From a virus: a DNA stretch of 64,000 bases. The DNA is taken from positions 1 through 64,000 of IMG/VR virus record IMGVR_UViG_3300047552_000481. One strand, given 5' to 3'. A program made the position numbers and the translations under genes. This document shows positions 8,873 to 18,034 of this stretch, one piece after another (the stretch's first letter is position 1; each line of letters opens with the position of its first letter). A model generated the notes under the pieces. It saw nothing but the letters and a program-made list of their open reading frames with translations. It did no database searches and had not been told where the DNA came from.

Positions 8873-10273
8873 TTAAACTCCCTCTGAATCTAAATAATCC
8901 AAAACATCATCATTTGCATTTGGATTTTCTCTAATTGAATTCTGATATAATGTAGGATTCGTTTTTGCTATTTGCAATAAATTCTGTACTGATGCGTGTT
9001 TATGTCTAGCAATACGATCTAATATTTTTCTTTGTTCTGATTCTTTTTTACCTTTATATTTATTTATAAGATAGCCAAAAGTTTTTTCTGTTGTTCTTGG
9101 ATGAAAGGCAACTCGTTCATGGATAGCAAAATCATCTGGGAAATGTTTTGTAGTAATATCATGAATAGTTGAATCATGAATATTATAATTCAATAACATT
9201 CTCTTTACATGATGTAGATTATTGGATAGCATTTCATGTAATACATTTGGATGAGTATGTTTAGAATCAATAACGGAGCGTTTTACGTTTTCATCATGAT
9301 CTAATGATAATCGTTTAGATATTTCTGGTGTAACATTTTTATGAGTAGCAACTGCCATTCGAATGTCTGGATTTGAATTTTTAGAATGCCCTAACAATTC
9401 TTCTGGAGAAGCTTCTGGTGGAATTATATCTAATGGAATTGGATCATGTTCCACAACTTCTCCATGCCAAATATGATTATTTCCATCACGCTCTGGTGTT
9501 TTAGATAATCTGATACTTAAGCCTCTTTTAAGTAAAAATTCTTTTTCAGCTTTATCTCCCATTATATGAGTTCCAAAACTTGATGCACCATCCATATAAA
9601 TATCATGTTTTGAACCTTTCGGTATTTTAATCCTAATAATATGTCCTTCTTCATTTTCTCCAGAATTAGAAAACCCCAATGCCTTTCCTGACCAAATACT
9701 TGTTGATGTATATGCTGGAAAATGTAAAATGGTATGTTTATCAGAATCTTCTTTTTTATGACCAGAAAATTCATCTGAATGTTCTTCTGCTTTAAATAAA
9801 TGCGACGGATTCCATTTTATACCAGTATACACATCAAAATCTTCTGGGGCAGGTTTAACTTTATTGTGCATTTCATCAATATTATTAACAAGTGTTTTTG
9901 TTCCTTCTGATAATTGTGAATGATTAATATTACAAGTATGAAGACGATGTAAGGTATCATTTATTCCATACGATCCCAAAGAATACCTTTGTGACATCTT
10001 TTTGGCATGGTCATTGTTATGGGCATCATAATAATCATGTAATCTTTGATGTAATCCTTTAACTTTTTTGGTTAATTTAGATAATTCAGATTTATCAGTG
10101 GGTTCATAAAAGGTTTCTGTAATACCAGATTGTTTTGGGTCAATAATATTTCTTTCCTTTTTATCCTTATGGTATATCTTTTCTATACCAATATTAGAAT
10201 GATGAATAATAAATCTACCTTTTGAATCTTTTTCAATCGGCGGATTCTTTATGAATTGCTTAAATGATTTCAT
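8873..10273 (-). CDS. Putative internal head ADP-ribosyltransferase (VIP2/C3/Alt-like fold) plus LRV-like repeats
   Basis: MKSFKQFI leader; Y..GSYGIN..L, VYTG, YTSTS, IKIPKGS, AEKEFLLKRG. Confidence 0.75.
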   Translation of the reverse strand: MKSFKQFIKNPPIEKDSKGRFIIHHSNIGIEKIYHKDKKERNIIDPKQSGITETFYEPTDKSELSKLTKKVKGLHQRLHDYYDAHNNDHAKKMSQRYSLGSYGINDTLHRLHTCNINHSQLSEGTKTLVNNIDEMHNKVKPAPEDFDVYTGIKWNPSHLFKAEEHSDEFSGHKKEDSDKHTILHFPAYTSTSIWSGKALGFSNSGENEEGHIIRIKIPKGSKHDIYMDGASSFGTHIMGDKAEKEFLLKRGLSIRLSKTPERDGNNHIWHGEVVEHDPIPLDIIPPEASPEELLGHSKNSNPDIRMAVATHKNVTPEISKRLSLDHDENVKRSVIDSKHTHPNVLHEMLSNNLHHVKRMLLNYNIHDSTIHDITTKHFPDDFAIHERVAFHPRTTEKTFGYLINKYKGKKESEQRKILDRIARHKHASVQNLLQIAKTNPTLYQNSIRENPNANDDVLDYLDSEGV

Positions 10274-10760
10274 TCTTGTGACCGTCTAAAATGTTTTGTG
10301 GATGCCAATCTCCATTAATTTCTTCGCCACCAGAATGATATTGAACTCTTACTGGTATATGTTTCCATCCCAATGCATGTGCTGCCATGATTCTATGATT
10401 TCCTTCATTAACCCATGGTTTACCTTCGTGATCTACTTGTATAAAAGGATATTGCTCAGACCCAGATTCATTCTTAGGTAATGATTTAGATTTACCCATT
10501 TCAGATTTTAACCATTCCAATGATTCTGGTCTAACATTATTTTGTTCGCCTCTTCTACCAGGAACTTTAATTAACTTTTCAATAGGTATATTTACAGGAT
10601 GTGAAAAATATCCAGTCACAGATCCGAGTGTTGGAACACCATAACTATCTTTTCCTTTTGATATAATTCTATTCTGTTCATGTTTCAACCATTCTCCCCC
10701 AGGATTATCAGAATTGAATTCTGGTTCTGATTCAATTATATACTCTTTAAACGATTTCAT
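10260..10760 (-). CDS. ParB/Srx-like domain protein with capsid-targeting leader
   Basis: MKSFKEYIIE leader; VNEGNHRIMAAHALGWKHIPV. Confidence 0.7.
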   Translation of the reverse strand: MKSFKEYIIESEPEFNSDNPGGEWLKHEQNRIISKGKDSYGVPTLGSVTGYFSHPVNIPIEKLIKVPGRRGEQNNVRPESLEWLKSEMGKSKSLPKNESGSEQYPFIQVDHEGKPWVNEGNHRIMAAHALGWKHIPVRVQYHSGGEEINGDWHPQNILDGHKNEII

Positions 10761-11191
10761 TCTGTTTTTGTTCCCATTATTACAGATTTTCTACATAAAT
10801 TATGTAATTGCTTCATTCTATTATGATTTTTTTCAAATTCTGATTGATGATTATTAAAAGCTTCCATATCACCATTATCATGAGCATTCGATGCAGCTTT
10901 ATATAAATCTTTTTCTTTTTGTATTCTAGTTACATATTCTTTTTCAAAATCATTTAATGGTTTGTTCTCTAATTCCACTTGCCTTGCTTCACGTTCTTTA
11001 TTTGCTTTATCACTTTTATATTTGGCATATGAATCTTTTGCTGCTCTATTTTCTGGTCCATTATTCCATTTGTCTTTAAATGGGTGTGAAGAAATTAAAT
11101 TTCCTTCATCATCATGTGCATCCCATGACATTCCTTTCTCATTAAATCTAACATTTTTATCTTCTTTTAAGAAATCTTTGAATCTAAACAT
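10757..11191 (-). CDS. Hypothetical internal head protein
   Basis: MFRFKDFLKE leader, directly downstream of a late promoter. Confidence 0.6.
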   Translation of the reverse strand: MFRFKDFLKEDKNVRFNEKGMSWDAHDDEGNLISSHPFKDKWNNGPENRAAKDSYAKYKSDKANKEREARQVELENKPLNDFEKEYVTRIQKEKDLYKAASNAHDNGDMEAFNNHQSEFEKNHNRMKQLHNLCRKSVIMGTKTE

Positions 11192-11210
11192 TTTCTACCC
11201 TAAAATAAAG

Positions 11211-11222
11211 TATTTATAAATA
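11211..11222. promoter_or_regulatory. Overlapping bidirectional late promoter
   Basis: Palindrome TATTTATAAATA reads TATAAATA on both strands between divergent genes. Confidence 0.8.
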
Positions 11223-11249
11223 TTCATATATCCACATAGGAGATATGAT

Positions 11250-11594
11250 ATGAACCAATATGACCTTCCTGTTAAAATTATCCGCCTAAAAACCTCAGAA
11301 GATCTAGTCGCTTTCGTGGAAGAATCCAATTCCTATACAACTATTTATTCCCCGATGTGTTTCAATACGGACTGGGATACTGAATCTGAATCTAATTCAT
11401 TATACATTAATCATTATCTCCCAATTAATATGATTGAAGAAAATGTAATAACAATTTCTAATGACAATATCCTATTTATCGTTGATGCCAAAGAAGAATT
11501 TGCTGAATATTACATCTCAATAATTACTGATGTAGAAGAATCTAATGAAATGAACTCTAAATGTACTAATGTAGTAAATACTAAATTACATTAA
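11250..11594 (+). CDS. Conserved T4-like protein (Sm-like fold) preceding gp55
   Basis: KIIRLKTSEDLVA..PM..YLP..EYY; position. Confidence 0.65.
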   Translation: MNQYDLPVKIIRLKTSEDLVAFVEESNSYTTIYSPMCFNTDWDTESESNSLYINHYLPINMIEENVITISNDNILFIVDAKEEFAEYYISIITDVEESNEMNSKCTNVVNTKLH

Positions 11595-11621
11595 TCTTAA
11601 GAGTTTGTATTCAGTATTTAT

Positions 11622-11680
11622 TTCTTTTTATCATCAAAAGGGCACGTACTCATTATACAGCCCTGGAAACACCGTGTCAA
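11622..11680 (-). promoter_or_regulatory. Antisense sigma70 promoter plus conserved leader, copy 1
   Basis: TTGACA-N17-TATAAT-GAGTACGT..CTTTTGATGATAAAAAGAA; repeated at 60679. Confidence 0.8.
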
Positions 11681-11710
11681 GCACTTTATTTCAATATTGC
11701 AAATATACCC

Positions 11711-11738
11711 TTGACAAACTCCAAAAATGTGGTATAAT
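11711..11738 (+). promoter_or_regulatory. Sigma70-type promoter of the gp55 operon
   Basis: TTGACA-N16-TATAAT with extended -10 TG. Confidence 0.8.
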
Positions 11739-11768
11739 ATATCTACCATCATAACTAGGAATAATAAC

Positions 11769-12311
11769 ATGAAAAAATCCAAGCCCGTAAGAAATAATTA
11801 TGTAGATAATAAGGAATTCTCCAAAGCAATGGAAGACTATATAAATGCTTGTAATATGGCAGAAGCACAAAATATGCCAATCCCAAGAGTCTCAGAATAT
11901 ATCGGTGAATGCCTCCTTAAAATCGCAGAAAATACCGCCAAACGCCCAAACTTCTATAACTACCCCTTCAAAGACCAGATGGTAAGCGATGCGGTGATCA
12001 ATTGCCTTTTATATATAAGAAATTATAGCCCTCAGTATAAAAATGCTTTTTCATACTTCACAACATATACCTTTAGAGCCTTCCTTAGAAGAATTGCCGC
12101 CGAAAAGAAATACTTCTATTCAAAATGCAAGTTGTTTATGGATGTTGCACCAAATATTACTGATGAAGAAATCGAAAATTTAGAAATGACGACTGAACAA
12201 TATAACGTATTATACGACAATTTAAATGACTTCGTAAATGAATTTGAAGAAAAAGAAAAGGAGAAAAAGAAAATCAAGAAAGCGAAAAATCTAGAATTAT
12301 TTATAGAGTAA
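11769..12311 (+). CDS. gp55: Late transcription sigma factor
   Basis: NYVDNKEF, YIGECLLKIAE, PNFYNYPFKDQMVSDA, NAFSYFT, AFLRRIAAEKK. Confidence 0.95.
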   Translation: MKKSKPVRNNYVDNKEFSKAMEDYINACNMAEAQNMPIPRVSEYIGECLLKIAENTAKRPNFYNYPFKDQMVSDAVINCLLYIRNYSPQYKNAFSYFTTYTFRAFLRRIAAEKKYFYSKCKLFMDVAPNITDEEIENLEMTTEQYNVLYDNLNDFVNEFEEKEKEKKKIKKAKNLELFIE

Positions 12312-12314
12312 AAT

Positions 12315-13790
12315 ATGCCAAGAAAATATACTATGGAGGAAGTTAATGATAAACTAGCAGGAATGGCTAGTACAATTAGAGTGTTGTGTAATTATATTAA
12401 CACTTCGACCAGAGCTTTGTTTAAATGCTTGACATGTGGTTATGAATGGAATAAACTACCAAATGATGCTTTACAAGGTTCTGGTTGCCCAAAATGTTCT
12501 GGGAAATTACCAATACCAAAAGAAGATATATTACAAATATTAAAAGAAAAATCAATTGAATTAACAGGCAATTATGTTAATACTCAGGTGCCAACAGATT
12601 TCAAATGTCTTATATGTGATTATGAATGGACAACAACACCTTCTAGCATTATCCATCATGATACAGGATGTTCGAAGTGTTCTGGTACTTTAAAATTAAC
12701 TAAAATTGATATAAATCAAAAACTTATAGATTCAAACAGAACGGTTAGGATGGTGGGTGAATATAGTGGTGGTAATAAAATACATTCACAATTTGGATGT
12801 TTAGTATGTGGTCACGAATGGCCAGCCAGACCCAATGATATTTTATCAGGTAAAGGTTGTCCAGAATGTGACCACAGGAAAAAATTCTTAACAGAAGAAC
12901 AACGTATTGAAAGGAAAAATTATATTCTAAAAGTATTAGAAGAAACTAAACGCAATATTATTATGTTGGGTGAATACATTAACAATGCAACTGGAACACT
13001 GTTCAAATGTCTAGTATGTGGTCATGAGTGGCCAGCCAGACCGAATAATATTTTAACAGGATATGGTTGCCCAGAATGCAACAACAGAAGAAAAAAGTTG
13101 TCAGAAGAAGAACAACAACAGAAAAAGGAAGAGTTTAATCTAAAAATCGTACATAGAAACATGGCGTTAATTGGAGAATACATTTCAGCACACACAAAAA
13201 CTTTATTTAAATGTTTAGTCTGTGATTGGGAATGGGATTCCAAACCAAACGCAATATCTAATGGAAATGGTTGTCCGTGTTGTGCTAATCAATTAGATTT
13301 ATCAAAAGAGATTGTAAATCAAAGACTTGAAGATGCTAACAGAACAGTTAGGTTAGTTGGAGAATATATAAAAACACAGGAAAAATCATTATTCGAATGT
13401 TTGGTGTGTGGGTATCAATGGCCAGCAAAACCTGGGAATGTACTTTATAATAATTCTGGTTGTCCATGTTGTTCAACTGGAGGATTCGATATAAATAAGC
13501 CAGGAATCTTATATTACATTAAGATTAGATACGAAGATCAAGAGTATTATAAAATTGGAATAACTAATAAATCTGTTCAAGAAAGGTTTACTAAATCAGA
13601 ATTAGAAATGATTGAAGTTATATCAGAGACTATATTTGAAAATGGATTTGAAGCATATCAAAAGGAACAAGAAATTTTAAAAATATTTGGAGATTATAGA
13701 TATGCTGGGGTTCAATTATTGAAATCTGGTAACACAGAAATCTTTTCTATAGACATTAGAGAAATGTATGAAAATAGTAATTTTAGGTGA
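12315..13790 (+). CDS. Homing endonuclease-like protein, 6 Zn-ribbon repeats plus GIY-YIG-like domain
   Basis: Six CxxC..W..P..GCPxC modules; LYYIKI..YKIGITN..SGNTEIF. Confidence 0.75.
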   Translation: MPRKYTMEEVNDKLAGMASTIRVLCNYINTSTRALFKCLTCGYEWNKLPNDALQGSGCPKCSGKLPIPKEDILQILKEKSIELTGNYVNTQVPTDFKCLICDYEWTTTPSSIIHHDTGCSKCSGTLKLTKIDINQKLIDSNRTVRMVGEYSGGNKIHSQFGCLVCGHEWPARPNDILSGKGCPECDHRKKFLTEEQRIERKNYILKVLEETKRNIIMLGEYINNATGTLFKCLVCGHEWPARPNNILTGYGCPECNNRRKKLSEEEQQQKKEEFNLKIVHRNMALIGEYISAHTKTLFKCLVCDWEWDSKPNAISNGNGCPCCANQLDLSKEIVNQRLEDANRTVRLVGEYIKTQEKSLFECLVCGYQWPAKPGNVLYNNSGCPCCSTGGFDINKPGILYYIKIRYEDQEYYKIGITNKSVQERFTKSELEMIEVISETIFENGFEAYQKEQEILKIFGDYRYAGVQLLKSGNTEIFSIDIREMYENSNFR

Positions 13791-14784
13791 TCTTCATTTT
13801 GGAATTCAGAATGGTGCCAAGCATTTTAATTATTGGTTTGAGAAATTTCTGAATGATACATTTTTCCCATATTTAGTTACCAATAATATCAAATATGTTG
13901 TACAGGTTGGTGATGCATTTCATCATAGAAAGCAGACATCGCATCATGCGCTATATGAATGTAAGAGATATTTTTTTGATAGACTACAGGAATTAGGTGT
14001 TATATATTATGGATTGATTGGTAATCATGATACTGTACATAAGAATGAAATCAAGACTAATTCACCTAAGATATTATTGAGGGAATACAAGTTCAATATT
14101 ATTGACGAACCGATGGAGATTGATATCGAAGGAATAAAGTTATGTATGTTACCGTGGATATGTAAAGATAATTCTGAAGATACGATTAAGTTAATTTCCA
14201 CAACAACATCTGATATATGTTTTGGTCATTTTGAGATATCTGGATTTTCAATGTATCGAGGAATTAAGAATAAAGAAGGATTACAAGTATCATTGTTTGA
14301 TAAGTTCGAATATGTATTTTCTGGACATTTCCATTATCGGTCACAATCCAATAATATATATTATGTTGGGACACCATGGCAATTAACATGGAATGATTTT
14401 GGAGAAGTAAAGGGATTTCATACATTTGATTTATCATCAAGGAAACTTGAGTTTGTCGAAAACCCATATAAGATGTTCCACAAGATCTATTATGGTGAAG
14501 AATATGATATCTCCAATATCAAGAATTCATATGTTAGGATATTAGTTAAAGAACGAGATTCTGAATTTGAGTCTTATATAACTAAAATATCAGATATGAG
14601 TCCAGTTGATTATATTATTGAAGATCAGATGGATTATATTGAACAGGAAGTTGATATAAATGATGATACCCCGACTATAATTAAATCATATATAGATTCA
14701 TCACATATGAAAAAATTGAATGTTGACACCATGAAATCTATGATGATGAATCTATATGAAGAAGCACTAGCGGTTGAGAAATGA
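13768..14784 (+). CDS. gp47: Recombination endonuclease subunit (Mre11/SbcD-like)
   Basis: GDLHFG, VGD, GNHD, GHFE, SGHFH. Confidence 0.95.
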   Translation: MKIVILGDLHFGIQNGAKHFNYWFEKFLNDTFFPYLVTNNIKYVVQVGDAFHHRKQTSHHALYECKRYFFDRLQELGVIYYGLIGNHDTVHKNEIKTNSPKILLREYKFNIIDEPMEIDIEGIKLCMLPWICKDNSEDTIKLISTTTSDICFGHFEISGFSMYRGIKNKEGLQVSLFDKFEYVFSGHFHYRSQSNNIYYVGTPWQLTWNDFGEVKGFHTFDLSSRKLEFVENPYKMFHKIYYGEEYDISNIKNSYVRILVKERDSEFESYITKISDMSPVDYIIEDQMDYIEQEVDINDDTPTIIKSYIDSSHMKKLNVDTMKSMMMNLYEEALAVEK

Positions 14785-16493
14785 TTATTATTAAAAAGAT
14801 CAAAGTAAAGAATTTCTTCTCTGTTGGCAATTCCCCAATAGAAATTGAATATGACAAATTCAATAAAACGTGCGTTGTTGGAATAAATGGTTCTTCTAAA
14901 AGTTCAGTAATTATTGATTCATTAATCTATGCTTTATACGGAAAACCATATAGAAAAGCCAATATTCCAACTATCATCAATTCTGTTAATAAGTCAAAAT
15001 TAGAGGTTGAGTTATTATTTAGTGTTGATGGAAAGGAATATAAAATTATAAGAGGTCAAAAGCCCACTAGATTTGAAATCTACTGTAATGGAGAATTATT
15101 AAACCAAGATGCTTCTAATAAAGATTATCAACAATATCTAGAAAACAATATTCTCCGAGTCAGTTATAAATCATTTACAAATGTTGTTATTCTTGGTTCG
15201 GCCAGATATAAACCATTCATGCAAATGCCTGCAGCAGATCGTAGAGAAATTATTGAAGATTTGCTCGATATCCAAGTTTTTTCAGTTATGAATGAATTGG
15301 CCAAAAGTAAATTATCAACACTAAAAATTAATCTGTCCGAATTGGATTATTCAACATCACTACTAAAGGAAAAAATAATCCTTCAAAAGAAACATATTAA
15401 AGAACAAAATAAATCAATAAAAACTCAACTAAATGAGAGTCAATCTCAAATAGACAAATATAATGAAGAAAATGCGAAACTGGAGAAAGATATATTTTTG
15501 ATTCAGAAACATGTAGATGTTCTTAATAATAAGATTTCTGACAGAACGAAATTGCAGAGTAAAGAACAAAAATTGATATCCATGGAAAGTAAGATGGAAT
15601 CAGCATTAAAGAAATTGAAAAAGGACATGGACTTTTATAAAACAAATGATACCTGTCCAACATGTTATCAAGGCATTGATCAGGAATTTAAAGAAACTCG
15701 ACTAGAGAAAGCTGAACTTAAGCAAAATGAATTTGCAGATGGGTTTGTCAAATTGGAAGAATCCATTGCAGATATTAAAAATAAATTAGAAGTGATGGAT
15801 ACAATTTATAATGATGTAATTAAACACCAAAATGAAATAATTAGGTTAAATTCGGTCTTGACAACCAACAAGAACCATGTTATAATGATCCAAAATTCAA
15901 TGGCAAATGTGAAAGAAAATTCTACATCTGTGGGCAATTTACAACAACTTGATGATGAATTAGAGGATTTAACAGGTCAAATAAATAGGTTAAATGAAGA
16001 AAAGGAATATCTTGATACTGCCTTGACTTATCTGAAAGATTCTGGTATAAAGGCAAAAATTATAAAAAAGTATGTTCCACTCTTGAATGCAACGATAAAT
16101 AAGTATTTACAGAAGTTAAAATTATACTTTACGTTTCAGATTGACGAGAATTTTAAGGAGAAATTAAAAGCCAGACATCGAGATGAATTCTCATATGAAA
16201 ATATGAGTGAAGGTGAAAAATTAAGATTAGATTTAGCAATATTATTTTCATTTCGAGAAATATCGAAAATCAAGAATTCTGTAAATTGTAATATATTGAT
16301 TATGGATGAAATTATGGATTCAAGTTTAGATGATATGGGACAGGTTGAATTGATTGATATATTATCCGAATTTATTAATCAGAACATTTTCATTATATCT
16401 CATAAAACAGATAACATATTAGATTCATTTGAAAGAGTCTTGGAATTTGAAAAGAAAGGTAATTTTGCTAAACTATGTGAAGTTGTATTATAA
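14781..16493 (+). CDS. gp46: Recombination ATPase subunit (Rad50/SbcC-like)
   Basis: KNFFSVGN, CPTC zinc hook, SEGEK, IMDE, ISH. Confidence 0.95.
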   Translation: MIIIKKIKVKNFFSVGNSPIEIEYDKFNKTCVVGINGSSKSSVIIDSLIYALYGKPYRKANIPTIINSVNKSKLEVELLFSVDGKEYKIIRGQKPTRFEIYCNGELLNQDASNKDYQQYLENNILRVSYKSFTNVVILGSARYKPFMQMPAADRREIIEDLLDIQVFSVMNELAKSKLSTLKINLSELDYSTSLLKEKIILQKKHIKEQNKSIKTQLNESQSQIDKYNEENAKLEKDIFLIQKHVDVLNNKISDRTKLQSKEQKLISMESKMESALKKLKKDMDFYKTNDTCPTCYQGIDQEFKETRLEKAELKQNEFADGFVKLEESIADIKNKLEVMDTIYNDVIKHQNEIIRLNSVLTTNKNHVIMIQNSMANVKENSTSVGNLQQLDDELEDLTGQINRLNEEKEYLDTALTYLKDSGIKAKIIKKYVPLLNATINKYLQKLKLYFTFQIDENFKEKLKARHRDEFSYENMSEGEKLRLDLAILFSFREISKIKNSVNCNILIMDEIMDSSLDDMGQVELIDILSEFINQNIFIISHKTDNILDSFERVLEFEKKGNFAKLCEVVL

Positions 16494-16510
16494 ATTCATT
16501 GGAGATTTTA

Positions 16511-16852
16511 ATGGCCACCGAAGATAAAATGTCAGTTGAAGAATTAGATAATAAATTTGATTATTTTGATAATATATCTGATCAACATTTGTTCAAAACA
16601 ATTTGGTCGGTATATGAGGTTGAAGACATTAATGATTTGGCGTTTACTGGAACCGACTTAATTTTAAGATATTCCCATCATTGGGGGGAAGAAACTTTGA
16701 CAAGGGCTTTGCCATCATACCCAACATGGTTAGATATGTGGAAGGCTGCGAATTCATTAATTAACGAATCGGGTGATGATCACCATATTTTTATAGAAGA
16801 TTTTGTTTTAGATCCAGAAACAAAATTAATAGAATTATATACTGGATCATAA
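16511..16852 (+). CDS. Hypothetical protein
   Basis: ORF with GGAG SD; ends HIFIEDF..L.TGS. Confidence 0.6.
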   Translation: MATEDKMSVEELDNKFDYFDNISDQHLFKTIWSVYEVEDINDLAFTGTDLILRYSHHWGEETLTRALPSYPTWLDMWKAANSLINESGDDHHIFIEDFVLDPETKLIELYTGS

Positions 16853-16871
16853 TTAAACGAGGTCGCGCATT

Positions 16872-17099
16872 ATGAAATTTGTTAAGTTATGTAAAATGTT
16901 GTGGAACACCGATGATTGGGAAATTGAAAATTATCACACATTATTGGTTTATAACCATAAATCTGGGTATCACACATATGTTGGGTATTGTTATTTTAAG
17001 GATGGGAGTTGTTATGAACCCCCAATGATTTTGGATACAGTTATAGAATTGTTATTTTGTAGATTACAAAACAAACTTGAGAATAGGATGGTAGCATGA
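16872..17099 (+). CDS. Hypothetical protein
   Basis: ORF with GAGG SD in operon. Confidence 0.5.
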   Translation: MKFVKLCKMLWNTDDWEIENYHTLLVYNHKSGYHTYVGYCYFKDGSCYEPPMILDTVIELLFCRLQNKLENRMVA

Positions 17100-17449
17100 A
17101 AATTTATTTTGGTAGAGTTCCAGAAGGTTATTCAACAAGAAATATGGATGAATTCTTTAAAGATGTTCTTGTTAAGGCCAATTATAGTTATGACGAGGCC
17201 GTTAAAAGTGTATTTGAATTGTATGATAAAGTTGAAATTGATATTAAAAGAATTAATAGTGAAATCGTATTTTGGACTTGTAATCCAATGATTCTACAAT
17301 ATCTAGACGAAGAACATAGGAATCTTGTTTATTTCATTGATCAAGATAATAACGAGATTCATTTCATGTCCGATCCAATTTGTCAGGAAAAATACGAGTG
17401 GATGGATGTTGGTGAAGCATTAATAGATGATTCGAGGGTTCTGAACTAA
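17096..17449 (+). CDS. Hypothetical protein
   Basis: ORF overlapping both neighbours. Confidence 0.55.
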   Translation: MKIYFGRVPEGYSTRNMDEFFKDVLVKANYSYDEAVKSVFELYDKVEIDIKRINSEIVFWTCNPMILQYLDEEHRNLVYFIDQDNNEIHFMSDPICQEKYEWMDVGEALIDDSRVLN

Positions 17450-18030
17450 TGGAAGAAAAATTAATATTTGATACAGAAAGTAAAAAGTTAAAGATTACAC
17501 AAGAATATGAAATTCTTAAATTGGTTCCAGAAACAGATCCAATCTTAAGTAAAGTAATGCCTAAATACGTGTTTGGGGATGCAGTTAAAACTGATAAGTT
17601 ACTTGGAGATTTAATTACAACATGTAAACATTATAATGGATTTGGTTTAGCTGCAAATCAGTGCGGAATCGAAACATCTATTATTGTTGTGGGATTTGCG
17701 GAAAATTATTGGTGTTTAATTAATCCAGAAATTGTTTACCAATCAACGGAAACTTCCATGAATATGGAGGGATGTTTAAGTTTTCCTGGTCTAGTATTAT
17801 CGGTTGACCGACCCAAAGAAATTATTGTCAAATATCAAAATTCATTAGGAGAAGAAAAGAAAGAAACCTATGTTGGATTAACAGCAAGAATTATTCAACA
17901 TGAAATTAATCATTTAAATGGAATAACCTTTATAGATAAAGTTAAACCACTAGCATTAAAAATGGGTTTAAAGAAACGAGATAAGAATTTTAAGAAAGCC
18001 GCAAGAGAAATTGTAAATCAAATAAGGTGA
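17449..18030 (+). CDS. def: Peptide deformylase
   Basis: GFGLAANQ, EGCLS, QHEINHLNG. Confidence 0.93.
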   Translation: MEEKLIFDTESKKLKITQEYEILKLVPETDPILSKVMPKYVFGDAVKTDKLLGDLITTCKHYNGFGLAANQCGIETSIIVVGFAENYWCLINPEIVYQSTETSMNMEGCLSFPGLVLSVDRPKEIIVKYQNSLGEEKKETYVGLTARIIQHEINHLNGITFIDKVKPLALKMGLKKRDKNFKKAAREIVNQIR

Positions 18031-18034
18031 AGTT

